The notes: a model not told the origin generated them from the sequence alone. A DNA stretch of 56,671 nt from Kiritimatiellia bacterium (GCA_050950285.1 JBMNHG010000010.1:1-56671), one strand, 5' to 3'; counted from the stretch's first letter, positions 1-10,545 are shown. Made by a program: numbers and translations.

Positions 1-549
1 ATCGATCCCGAGGTGTGGGCGCAGATCGCGGACCTCATCGAGCGCTGCGAGGCGGTCCGGGCGACATACCAGACCTTCGACGGGCGTGTGTCCGAGTACA
101 AGCTGCACCCCTACCACCTGCTCGCCTACCACGGGAACTGGTATGTTCTGGCGCGAAACGTGGGCAAGGACCGGGTCGAGACCTTCGCCCTGTCACGGTT
201 CAGGCGTCTTGAGGCCACCGGGCAGAACTTCACGCGGTCGGCCGAGTTCAACCCCGAGACGTACGCCCGGCAGGCGTTCGGTATCGTGGGCGGCGAGGAG
301 CCGATCAAGGTCCGGCTCCTCTTCGAACCGAAACTGGCCGTCTACATCACCGAGCGGCAGTGGCACCCCACGCAGGAGTTCCGGACACGAGCGGACGGCT
401 GCGTCGAGATGCGGATGGAGACGACAGGACGCAAGGAACTGGTACGCTGGGTCCTGTCCTGGATGCCGGACGTGAAGGTGCTCGCCCCGAAGAGTCTACG
501 GGATCGGATCGTGGACAAACTGCGGGATGGACTCCGGGCACAGCAGTAA
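1..549 (+). CDS. WYL-domain (WYL+WCX, PafC-like) transcriptional regulator, 5' part outside window
   Basis: Frame open from base 1; motifs 'LHPYHLLAYHGNWYVLA...VETFALSRF' and 'ELVRWVLSWMPDVKVLAPKSLRDRI'. Confidence 0.9.
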   Translation: MDPEVWAQIADLIERCEAVRATYQTFDGRVSEYKLHPYHLLAYHGNWYVLARNVGKDRVETFALSRFRRLEATGQNFTRSAEFNPETYARQAFGIVGGEEPIKVRLLFEPKLAVYITERQWHPTQEFRTRADGCVEMRMETTGRKELVRWVLSWMPDVKVLAPKSLRDRIVDKLRDGLRAQQ

Positions 550-869
550 TCAGCCCGATGAACCTGGTTCATCAGAGGCGCAGGAGGCGCTCGGCGGTGT
601 CCATGAAAAGCGGTGTTGGGCCGTCGAAAATGGTCACGATGGGCGCGATGAGTTGGGGGTACGGTTCAAACGAGCGCCAGTCGCCCCGACCATCTTTCGC
701 CCGCCGAGCAACGGAGAGCGAACGATGCCCGACGCAGCCCATGCGAAGCGCCGGGCGAAGCAGGGACTGTTCGCTGAATCGTGCAGCGAGCGAAGGTTGT
801 AAGGCTGCGATGGCGTTGCGAAGAGCGGACGCCGGCAACAGGGAGACGAGGATGAAGCTGGACATTTCC

Positions 870-2048
870 GCGCAGGAGGTCGAGCAGGTCGATCTTCATC
901 CAGACTGCGGTCCTCACGGTTCCGGCCAGCCGCGAAAAGCTCAGTCCCCACTTCGAGACGTGCTTCAGGAAGCGCAGCAGCAGGTGCGCCAGCAACCCGG
1001 TCCAGACCTGCCACTTGACGGCTTTCTCGTTGTAGCCGACGAAGTCGGCGAGCTGGAGCGTCTGCTTGAGTTCCTTGAAGAAGATTTCGATGGCCCAGCG
1101 GGCGCGGTAGAGTTCAGCGATGGTGCGCGGGCTCCACACGAAGTTGTTGGTGATGAAGGTCATCTCCATATCCTTGCCGTCCACCTCGACGACGGCGGTG
1201 ACGCGGCGCAGGGTTTCGGGATACTTCTCGCCGGACCCCTTGCGCGACATGCGCACGGTCTGGTCCGAGAGGATGCGGGGGTTCTTGTGCCGCCTCTCCT
1301 CCAGCACCTCGAAGACCATGCTCTTCTTCTCGCGCAGGACGAAGAAGACGCCGCGCCGCGCGAGGCCGAACAGGAAGGCGAGGTCGACGTAGGCCCTGTC
1401 CGCCAGCAGCACGTCGCCGTCCTTCAGCCCCGCGCACAGCGCGTCCGCCCGCTTCGAGTCGTGGTGCGCGGCGTCCTCGACGACCGCGAACGTCGGCAGC
1501 CTGTTGCCCACGTTGAGGCTCATGTGGGTTTTGGCCGCGGCCTTCTTCCTGCGGTGCCGCGCCCAGTCGATCGAGTCGAGCGAGAGCTTCAGCGTGGTCG
1601 AGTCGATGGCGAAGATGTCGCGCTTCAGACGGAAGATGAAGCCGCTGTGCTTCGCGTACCGCGTGAAGGACGGGCAGATCGACTGCAGGTGCGCGAACAC
1701 GGCCCAGTAGAGCTTCTCAGCGATCTGCGGGTCGCGCCTCCGGTTGGCGTTGGAGAAGGTGTTGCGCTTCGGGGCCGTCGCGCCCCGGATGCGGTTCAGC
1801 TCCGGCTCGTGCAGCCGGGCCGCGTCGCAGATCTCGTTCAGGCTGCCCGCGCGGGCGATCTGGCCGTAGAGCAGCGCCAGCACATGGCTGGCGCAGGAGA
1901 ATCCGCGGATGTCCGCCCCGATGTCGCGCGCGATCTTGTCCGGCAATCCCGCGGGAATCCACTGGACGATCTGGCGCAGGGTGGTGTACGATGTTCTCGC
2001 TGGCCTCTTGGTTGCGCGTTTACGCGCCTTGGTCGCTTTTTTTTTCAT
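870..2048 (-). pseudogene. IS4-family transposase (DUF4372 + DDE_Tnp_1), C-terminally truncated
   Basis: AIDSTT, ADRAY, YRARWAIEIFFKELKQ motifs; after 'MKIDLLDLLR' the ORF reads into unrelated sequence to a stop at 666. Confidence 0.85.
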
Positions 2049-2189
2049 AATGCCTGTAGGCTACAGGCAGACGGCCGGGAGGTCAGCCCTTTTTTTCAAT
2101 CCGGCCCGACGCTCCCGTCTTGAGCGCGTGCGCTGACTTCCAATGGGGGAAGGCAGGAGTGATTTCGGCAAGCCTATGGGATGCTAGTG
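870..2189 (-). mobile_element. IS4-family element copy A, right end missing
   Basis: 18-bp terminal sequence CACTAGCATCCCATAGGC (minus strand) at 2172-2189; similarity to copies B/C stops at ~870. Confidence 0.85.
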
Positions 2190-3673
2190 GTTTCAGGTTT
2201 GAGGTTTTCCCGGAGCGACCGGCCGTTTCGCGTTTTTACTGGGTTTTACGGCCCTGCTGTCCCATAGTCGAGCCGCCAGAAATCGAAAAAGGCCTGTATG
2301 GGCGGGGGTTTTTCGCGGGATTCACCCGGTTTTGGCCGCGGTGCTGTCCCATAGATTTTGAGCATCTCAATCAGGTCGCGCTTGACCCACACCGCCGCGC
2401 GCGCGACGCCCGCGAGGCGCGAGAAGCTCAGCTTCCAGTCCGCGACATGGCTCATGAACCGCAGCAGGAGATGCACGAGCATCCCCGTCCAGATCTGCCA
2501 CTTGACCGCGTTCTCGTTGTACCCTACGAAGTCGCGGATCTGGCAGGTCTGCTTGATTTCCTTGAAGAACAGCTCGACGGCCCACCGCGCCCGGTACAGT
2601 TCCGCGATGGTGCGCGCGCTCCAGTCGAGGTTGTTCGTCAGGAAAGTCATCTCCTTCATCTTGCCGTTCACCTCGACGTTCGCGGTCACGCGGCGCAGGG
2701 GGACGGGATAGAGCTTTTTGGAGCGGGCGAGGGCGGGCTCGACGAGTTCGTCGCCGACGATGCCCGCGTCCCGGCTCTCCGGCAGGCGCTTGACGCGCTT
2801 GAACTTCATGTTCGTTTTCTGCCTGACCACGAAGAAGATGCCGCGCGCCCGCAGGTCGGCGAGGAAGGAGAAGTCCGTGTAGGCACGGTCGGCGAGGCAC
2901 ACGTCGCCCGCCTTCAGCCCGGCGCAGAGCGCCTTCGCGCGGGTGGAGTCGTGGTGGCCCGCGTCCTCCACGACGACGGCGGCGGGCAGGCGGCTGCCCA
3001 CGTCGAGGTTCATGTGCAGCTTCGCCGCCGCCTTCTTCCTGCGGTGCCGCGCCCAGTCGATGCAGTTCAGGCACAGCTTGATCGTGCTGGAGTCGATGGC
3101 GAAGATGCCGCGCTTCATCCGCGCGAGGAAGCCCTTGTGCCTCTTGTACTGCCCGAACCCCGGGCAGACGGTGACCAGATGGTCGAAGACCTCCCAGTAC
3201 AGCCGCTCGGCCATGGCCGCGTCGCGGTGCCGGTTCGCGTTGGAGAACGTGTTGCGCTTCGGCGGCTGCGCCCCCCGGATGTTGCGCCACTCGCTCTCGT
3301 GGACGCGCGCCGCGTCCACGATCCCGTTGAGGCTGTCGCAGCCCGCGAGCTGGCCGTACATCAGCGCGACCACATGGCTCACCGCCGACCACTTGCGGAT
3401 GTCGAGCTTATACTCTTCGGCGAGCCGCTGGATCATCCCGGCGGGAATCCACTGGACGAGCTGCCGCAGCACGGTGTACACTGTCTTCGTTGGTTTCGGA
3501 GGCGCGAACCCAAGCAATTGGGGAATTATTTTTTTCATAATGCCTGTAGGTTACAGGCAGACGCCTCCGAAGCCGACACTTTTTTTGAAAATCTTTAGAG
3601 GCAACTCCCCGCCCCTAAAGTGTGCCAACTGCGGGAACCGTCCGGTTGCCGGTCCGCCTATGGGATGCTAGTG
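2190..3673 (-). mobile_element. IS4-family element copy B, right IR missing (cut by copy A)
   Basis: Same 18-bp terminus at 3656-3673; only ~56 bp remain after the stop codon versus ~155 bp in copy C. Confidence 0.85.
2246..3538 (-). CDS. IS4-family transposase (DUF4372 + DDE_Tnp_1), full length
   Basis: AIDSST, ADRAY, YRARWAVELFFKEIKQ; colinear with copy A but diverged. Confidence 0.92.
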   Translation of the reverse strand: MKKIIPQLLGFAPPKPTKTVYTVLRQLVQWIPAGMIQRLAEEYKLDIRKWSAVSHVVALMYGQLAGCDSLNGIVDAARVHESEWRNIRGAQPPKRNTFSNANRHRDAAMAERLYWEVFDHLVTVCPGFGQYKRHKGFLARMKRGIFAIDSSTIKLCLNCIDWARHRRKKAAAKLHMNLDVGSRLPAAVVVEDAGHHDSTRAKALCAGLKAGDVCLADRAYTDFSFLADLRARGIFFVVRQKTNMKFKRVKRLPESRDAGIVGDELVEPALARSKKLYPVPLRRVTANVEVNGKMKEMTFLTNNLDWSARTIAELYRARWAVELFFKEIKQTCQIRDFVGYNENAVKWQIWTGMLVHLLLRFMSHVADWKLSFSRLAGVARAAVWVKRDLIEMLKIYGTAPRPKPGESREKPPPIQAFFDFWRLDYGTAGP

Positions 3674-4151
3674 GAATGAAATATTGGCGGTTGCCATTCG
3701 AGCCGCACTTCTCTTCATCTCCCAGCAGTTCCCATTTGTCGACTTGGATCGATGACAGGCAGGCCTGCCCGGGCAAGCGGTACGCGTGCTCCTTAGTGCG
3801 TGGCATCAGTATTTGCTGATGGACGCCGAAAGTCCCGAATACACGTATGTGAACGTTCGTTGGCATGGTGTTGATCGGGAGACATTCACCGTTGCGTTTA
3901 GTTAGAAGAGGAAAATCGGCAGCGTAATGCAATGCAAATACCAACTCGCCATCCGCAACTGGCTGTTCCTCGGCGATAACGAATTCAAGACATTCTGAGG
4001 TATTTCCTGCTTTGTCATAGAGAGAGACATATCTTGCTGATCCGCCCCATGAACCCTTGGCACGGGGCGCAGCAACACACCCCATAAGGCACCAAAGGCA
4101 AATCGGCGCAATCAAAAAGGCGACCGCCTTAGAAATAGTCATTGATGACAT
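3615..4151 (-). CDS. Putative lipoprotein-like immunity protein for Rhs module 1; 3' end reads into IS copy B
   Basis: Overlaps the toxin stop; hydrophobic N-terminus ending LMGC; lower GC; 'PLASHR' is encoded by the IS terminus. Confidence 0.6.
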   Translation of the reverse strand: MSSMTISKAVAFLIAPICLWCLMGCVAAPRAKGSWGGSARYVSLYDKAGNTSECLEFVIAEEQPVADGELVFALHYAADFPLLTKRNGECLPINTMPTNVHIRVFGTFGVHQQILMPRTKEHAYRLPGQACLSSIQVDKWELLGDEEKCGSNGNRQYFIPLASHRRTGNRTVPAVGTL

Positions 4152-5937
4152 CCGCCTTCACGTACCAGGGAACCATGTCGTGGTTGATAAAGTCACCGTA
4201 ACTCCACATCTCACTGTACAACATTCCACCAGGAATGCCGTCGCTCACCTGAACGCCTCGGCGGTCTGTGTCAATGCGGACTTGCACGGCATTAACGTCA
4301 ACGTCAATGCCGCCAATGCGTGCCCCGCAGAGGCCTCGACTCAGGACAGTGCCCCCGTCCTCGAATTCGACGATGCCATCTGTGCGCCTCAGCCACACTC
4401 GATATTCGCCCCCCTTCTGCTGATAGTAGTTCCGAAAGACTTGAACGTTGTTCTTGATTGATCTCGCAGGGTTCAAAAACGTGATTGGATCTATCGTGAT
4501 GAGTCGTTTGACAGGAACCTTTGTACATAAGTAGTAGCTTTCGACTCGTTCGTTCGACTTGCTCAAATCGTGGGCTATGTTGATAGCTGTGATGGCACCC
4601 CAACTGTACCCAATCAGTTTCAGGTTGAGATCCCGTACTTCATCCTTTGTAATAACCATGTCTCCATTCACATCAATAGTTCGCAGTATAAAGGTGCGTG
4701 CCCCGGAGGCCCCCTGTCCTTGGTTCTGCCGGTACCGATTGGCGATGCCAAGGCTGTTTGCGATGAAATCCATGTAGTAATTGCCAACCGTACGACCGCC
4801 CAAGAACGGAAGGATATCGGTTAGCGCAGTGCCATAGAACATGACATCTATGTCGAGAAGACCAAGCCAGTCAAGGAGGATGACGGGAGAATTCCGGCAG
4901 TAGGCGTAAACATTGACACCACCCCTTTCCTCAATCGGATCCCGGTTCAGCCACCGCATCAGTTCCGGCGCGTAGAAGCGGTAGCCGTAGTAGTAGAGCC
5001 CGGTCTCGGAGTCGTAATACTTGGTCGAGAAACGATGACGGAATGAATCGGCCATTGTGCCGGACTTGGCGATGGTGCGGCCGAAGGCGTCGTGGGTATA
5101 TTCCGCCACGATGGCACCCTGTTCGTCGGCATAGGCTATGATGTTGCCGTTATTATCATAGAATGGGAAGTACCATGCACCATTGAGCGAGACGGCCAAC
5201 AGTCCGCCGACGCCGCCCGCGCCCTGCAGCGTACCGGAGAGATCCTTGCCCCAGACGTAGTGGTTGGTGGTCACGCCCGAGGCGGTGGCGACGATTTCGA
5301 GAACCGGCAGCCAGCCGTCATAAACAAATCCCCGTGTCTCCGCGCCTCCGCGTGAGATTTTCAACACGCGGCGGCTAAGATGATCGTAGGCGTTGGAGAC
5401 GACGCACAGGCCGTTGGAATAGGCTGCGACGAGGCGGTTCTCCGCATCATACGTGTAGTTGAAACGCCCGTCCCATGTCATATTGCCGTCGAGATCGTAT
5501 GCGGGAGAAATTTGGACAGGATTGACATGATTGACATGATTGGAAATCAGGAAATACTGGTTCAGTTCGTTGGCGGTGTAGATGTTCGTGACGGAGTTAA
5601 GCGAGGCCCACAGCGCGTTGCCTATGTTGTCGAAGGCGTAGCGGTTGATGTGGGCGGGCTGGATGATGGCGGATGTGACTTCGGAACGGGCGTTGTAATC
5701 GAAGGTGTCCGTGTTGCGTGCAGTGACACGGTTAAGCAGGTCGTAGGTGTAGGCCAGCGGATTGTACGGCACGCCGCTGGCGCTGTTGGTGATGGCTTTT
5801 ACCAGACTGCGGCGGTAGGGGTCGCGGGCGACAACGCGATCCAGTACGACGCCATTCGTCAAGTTCACCGAATACCCCGCATCCCGGTTGTTGCAAAATT
5901 GACTTGGCACTGTGAACTTCACTATAGCCTCGATCAA
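4129..5937 (-). CDS. Orphan Rhs module 1: partial core plus alpha/beta-hydrolase (lipase-like) tip
   Basis: YD repeats; core 'GLYYYGYRFYAPELMRWLNRDPIEERGG...DWLGL'; tip 'LIGYSWGA' (GxSxG) and 'LITIDP'. Confidence 0.85.
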   Translation of the reverse strand: MIEAIVKFTVPSQFCNNRDAGYSVNLTNGVVLDRVVARDPYRRSLVKAITNSASGVPYNPLAYTYDLLNRVTARNTDTFDYNARSEVTSAIIQPAHINRYAFDNIGNALWASLNSVTNIYTANELNQYFLISNHVNHVNPVQISPAYDLDGNMTWDGRFNYTYDAENRLVAAYSNGLCVVSNAYDHLSRRVLKISRGGAETRGFVYDGWLPVLEIVATASGVTTNHYVWGKDLSGTLQGAGGVGGLLAVSLNGAWYFPFYDNNGNIIAYADEQGAIVAEYTHDAFGRTIAKSGTMADSFRHRFSTKYYDSETGLYYYGYRFYAPELMRWLNRDPIEERGGVNVYAYCRNSPVILLDWLGLLDIDVMFYGTALTDILPFLGGRTVGNYYMDFIANSLGIANRYRQNQGQGASGARTFILRTIDVNGDMVITKDEVRDLNLKLIGYSWGAITAINIAHDLSKSNERVESYYLCTKVPVKRLITIDPITFLNPARSIKNNVQVFRNYYQQKGGEYRVWLRRTDGIVEFEDGGTVLSRGLCGARIGGIDVDVNAVQVRIDTDRRGVQVSDGIPGGMLYSEMWSYGDFINHDMVPWYVKADVINDYF

Positions 5938-6125
5938 AGGGATTCCTCACTGGTGCGCTTGTCCCTGTGTCGTTCTAATCGGATTTCCTTTGGTTTTCAG
6001 GTGTTGAACTGTCGGCAATAGAATACGAATTACAGCCATGTACAAAAACTCCTCTGTTAGGTTTACAACACAAAGCGTACCAACCAAGAGGTTTTCATGG
6101 AGACTCCGTTTCAGAGAGAAAGGGA

Positions 6126-6524
6126 TCATTGATCCGTTGGCTTGATCGCCACCTGCGGATCGCCCTTGACAACATATACACCAACACCAGGTTGAACTGA
6201 TGGTTTCAGGATAGCTGCATGCACGCTAACTCCACAGAGGCTACGAATCTCAATGAGTTCCGAGTCTGTCGTAACGTAGATAAACGAAGTCACGAATGTC
6301 ATATTTGTTAGGCTAGTTAAATGCCGCCGTAAAGGTCCATGCTCATATTGACTTAGGTAGCCTTGAAGCTCGGACTCGGATGCAATCTTTCGTCCTGAAA
6401 TGCCGGATGATTCCTTGCCTGTCGTGAAAAATGCACGGTTGCAAATGGTGCAGTGTGGATGTCTCACGCATCCCGCAAGTGTAAGAAGGCATCCAGCAAC
6501 AAAAAGCTTCGTATACGAAATCAT
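6126..6524 (-). CDS. Putative lipoprotein immunity protein for Rhs module 2
   Basis: ATG at 6524 just after the toxin stop (6529); 'MISYTKLFVAGCLLTLAGC' lipobox-like; lower GC. Confidence 0.65.
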   Translation of the reverse strand: MISYTKLFVAGCLLTLAGCVRHPHCTICNRAFFTTGKESSGISGRKIASESELQGYLSQYEHGPLRRHLTSLTNMTFVTSFIYVTTDSELIEIRSLCGVSVHAAILKPSVQPGVGVYVVKGDPQVAIKPTDQ

Positions 6525-6528
6525 GGGA

Positions 6529-9500
6529 TCATGGTCCTTTGGGCTTGGGTGGTAATGAAGGCGAATCCTTGTTGTTCTTGTTCTGTCCTCCATTCACGGG
6601 ATCAACCTGGCCAGTAGCAATCAACCAGAAATAATATAACCCTGTAGCAGGCGTGGGAGTTCCGTTGACCTTTGGATAGTAACATGTGCCACTTACACCT
6701 TGACCGATCGCCCTGAGATGTTGTCCCAGGCTGGCTGCAATCTCCGAAGAATTGCAGCCGTGGACGTATACGCGATTATTGCTAGCGATCTGCCAACATT
6801 TGTATCTCTTCATATTGGAAGCATCCAATTCTGAGACGCCTCGTGAGTTAAACTCTATTGGCCTCATCAACCATCCAAACGGAAGATAATCCGTTACATC
6901 ATGCTTGCCTCCGTTTATGCTCAGATTTGAATCGGCATCCTTTGCCAACATGTCCAAATAGAGAATTCCAGGACCAGAATGGACGAAGAAGTGGATTTCC
7001 TTAATGCAAGTGTTGTTTTTAAGGGCGTTCTGTATGTCATTGAACGATCTGATGCCAATTACAACCACATTGTCTGTTCCTGCATTGAATCCGCTCGAGG
7101 CTTCAATCTTGGCTTTCATTCCATTGGCTGCCTGCTGGAACGGAACACCCTGTTCGTCACCCCAGAATAACAGAAATGTGTCGAGGCCCAGAAGATCTAT
7201 CGTATTAATGGGACGGTTCAGACAAAATGCATATAGGTTCTTCCCTCCCTCTTCCTCGACGGGATCCCTGCTAAGCCACCGCATCAATTCCGGTGCATAG
7301 AAGCGATAACCATAGTAGTAGAGGCCGATCTCGGCATCGTAATACTTCGTGCTGAAACGGTGGCGGAAGGCATCGGCAAGCAGACCCGTTGCCTCTATGG
7401 TGCGGCCGAAGGCATCGTAGGTATATTCCGCCACGATTGCGCCCTGTTCGTTCACATAGGCCGTGATGTTCCCGTTGTTGTCGTAGAACGGGAAGTACCA
7501 TGCGCTACCCATCTGTACCGCCAGCAAGCCGCCGACGCCGCCCGCGCCTTGCATGCTTCCAGACAAATCGCGTCCCCAGACGTAGTGGTTGGTGGTCACG
7601 CCCGAGGCGGTGGCGACGATTTCGAGAACCGGCAGCCAGCCGTCATAAACAAATCCCCGTGTCTCCGCGCCTCCGCGTGAGATTTTCAACACGCGGCGGC
7701 TAAGATGATCGTAGGCGTTGAAGACTACGCACAGGCCGTTGGAATAGGCGGCGACGAGGCGGTTCTCGGCATCATACGTGTAGTTGAAACGCCCGTCCCA
7801 TGTCATATTGCCGTCTAAATCGTATACGGGAGAAATTTGGACAGGATTGACGTGATTGACATGATTGGAAATCAGGAAATACTGGTTCAGTTCGTTGGCG
7901 GTGTAGATGTTGGTGACGGAGTTAAGCGAGGCCCACAGCGCGTTGCCTATGTTGTCGAAGGCGTAGCGGTTGGTGTGGGCGGGCTGGATGATGGCGGATG
8001 TGACCTCGGAGCGGGCATTGTAGTCGAAGGTGTCGGCGTTTCGTGACGTGACACGGTTAAGCAGGTCGTAGGTGTAGGCCAGCGGATTGTACGGCACGCC
8101 GCTGACGCTGTTGGTGATGACCGTGACAAGGTGGCGGCGGTACCGGTCGCGGATGACGGTACGGGAGAGAACTATCCCGTTGGTCTGCGTGATGGTGTAT
8201 CCGGCGTCCCAGGCGTCATCAGTATATGCGTAGCTTGCCGAAAAGGCATCATTCGAGACGGTGGAAAGACGGCTTTCGGAGTCGTAGCCGTAATGGACGG
8301 GGGCGGCATTGCCGCTGCGCAGTTCCGCCAGGCGGTGGCGGTGGTCCAGGGTGCGGGCCAGGGTCGCGGTGTCGCCGCCAACCATGGCCGTCTCGTTGGT
8401 GGCGGTGCCGAGGTGGCTGTTCTGGTAGGCGTATCGCGCGGCGGCGTTGGAGGCGGAAGGCGGGGCGCTGGAAGAGCGTCGTACCCGAGCGCGGCGGCAG
8501 GCGTGGCGTCGGAGTACGAGACGCCTGTCAACAGCCCGTCGGGGTTGTAGGCGTTCTCCTTCCACGCTCCGCGAGCCCATGCCGTGCGGAGCGGCTTGCC
8601 GTCGGGGGTGTGCGTATAGGACACTGCGGAGCCGTCGGCGTAGACCTTGTTGGTGGCAAGTCCCGTGGCGTGGTCGTAGTTCCAGGCGGTGAGATCGAGG
8701 GACGCAGGGGACGCAAGGGATGCGAGGGACGCGCCTCCGGCAAGCTGGACGGCGAGGGCGGCGAAGCCGACGGCGTTGCCTCGGGTGGTGGCGAGGGCGG
8801 CCATGCGGCCGGCGGTGTCGTACCCGTAGGCCACGGGGTAGGCCGCGCCGGTGGCGGCAACCGGACGCCCGAGGGCGTCGTAGGTGTTGGTGACGGTGTT
8901 GCCGAGGGCGTCGGTGCGGGACGTTTCGCGATTGAAGGCGTCGAAGGTTCTCGATCCGGTGACGTGCAGATCGTCGTCGTAATAATACCCTGCGCCGCGT
9001 CGCCGCCGTCGTCGAGGTGGACGGGCAGGATCGGGAAATGACGTTCATCACCAACCATTTCGCGTGGAGCCCCCGCACCGTCTCCGAGCTCTACCGCGCC
9101 CGGTGGGTCATCGAGTCGTTCTTCAAGGAACTCAAGCAGACGCTCCAGCTCAAGGATTTCGTCGGGTACAACGAGAACGCGGTCAAGTGGCAGGTCTGGG
9201 TCGGGCTGCTGGCGCATCTGCTGCTGCGCTTCCTCAAGCACGTCTCGGAATGGGGACTGAGCTTTTCCCGGCTCGCCGGGGTCGTCAGGTCCGCCGTCTG
9301 GATGAAGATCGACCTGCTCGACGCCCTGCGGAAGTATGGGACAGCAGGCGGCCCAAAGCGCCCTGTAATTTCCGGGAAACAGCTCTATTTCCAAGGATTC
9401 GAGCCATTCGCGAGCCGGCCCGTGGGATAGCACATGCCCCAAAACCCCTGTTTTCGGGCATCCGGGCCGATCGCGCAGGCAAACACGTTTTCCGGGAACG

Positions 9501-10545
9501 CCTTTGAAATCGCGATAAATCCCTGCAAATCAATGGGGGAAAGGGGGCAATATGCCCGTTTTCAGCCGCCTATGGGATGCTAGTGAATGCCGTAGTGGGT
9601 CTCGTTGTCGGACTCGTCGAGTCCCGACCAGCGGAAATGGGAATAGACGCCCGTTTCAGGGTCGCGCGTTTCCGAGTATGCAACACGCCCGAGCGGGTCG
9701 AAGTAGTTGTAAACGGTTTCCCGCAGCGATTCGCGTACAATCGGACGCCCGAACTTCGAGACGGCGACAAGCGGCGTCGCCGCATCGGTGGCGCGAACCG
9801 TCGTCACCTCGCAGGTCTGCGGGTTGTAGCTGCCCGATTCCGTCGTCGTCGAGCCGTTCGGGCCGGTGTTCACCGTGCGGCTCCGCAGGGCGTTGGAAAG
9901 CCCCGTCAACTGTCGGCGGGTCGTCGCGACGGCGTTGGTGACGCCCTCGCGCGACGTGCTGCGGACGTCCACCCGCCACCATGCCCCGGCGATGTTCTCG
10001 TAGCGGGTTTCCGACGCGGTCTCGACGCCGCTTTGAACCGTCGCCGCCATCTCGCCGCGCTCGTCGTAGAGGTAGGTCGTGGCAGGCTGACCGGTCGTTT
10101 CCGAGCGAACCAGGCGCGAGGTCGCGCCGTCGTAGGCGTTCGAGGTGACGAGCCAGGCGCCTGCGGCGCCGGGCCTCAGCGTCGCCACCGTCCGCCCGAG
10201 GAAGTCGCCGTGGGCGATTTGATTCGTGATCGCGCCCGGCGAATCCGACGCCTCGGTGACGGAGAAGGTGCGCCGCGTCCCGTCGGCGGCGTAGTCAACC
10301 CACGAGGTTTCGCGCGTCCAGCCGCCGTCCCAGCTTTGGATGGCGATGGAACGCCCGTTCCGGTAGGCGATGTTCGTGCTCGCCACGACGCAGACGTCGG
10401 GGTATGTCGTCGTTTCGGAAGCCACGAAGCCGAGCGTCCAGCAATCGGGACGATAGGCGCTTCCGGGGTCGCCGACCGCCGTCACGACGGTGTTGGTCTC
10501 CCTGCCGAGGGCGTCGTAGGCGTATGTGTAGGTGGTGGCAACCAT
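6529..10545 (-). pseudogene. Orphan Rhs module 2 (core plus caspase-fold/DUF4347-like tip), split by an IS fragment and frameshifted at ~8460-8475
   Basis: Pieces 9586-10545 and 6529-8986 align consecutively to the main Rhs; core end 'DLLGL'; tip 'IHFFVHSG...VYVHGCNS'. Confidence 0.8.
8987..9585 (+). mobile_element. IS4-family fragment copy C (3' third of transposase plus right IR)
   Basis: ORF ending at 9430 matches the C-terminus of copies A/B; GCCTATGGGATGCTAGTG at 9568-9585. Confidence 0.88.

Noticed and set aside
5947..6129. 60-aa ORF between the immunity gene and Rhs module 1
   Set aside because: No recognisable motif; may be a remnant but cannot be supported
5250..8115. Duplicated segment as a DGR template/variable repeat pair
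   Set aside because: No reverse transcriptase in the window; differences do not look adenine-restricted; ordinary Rhs core homology explains it
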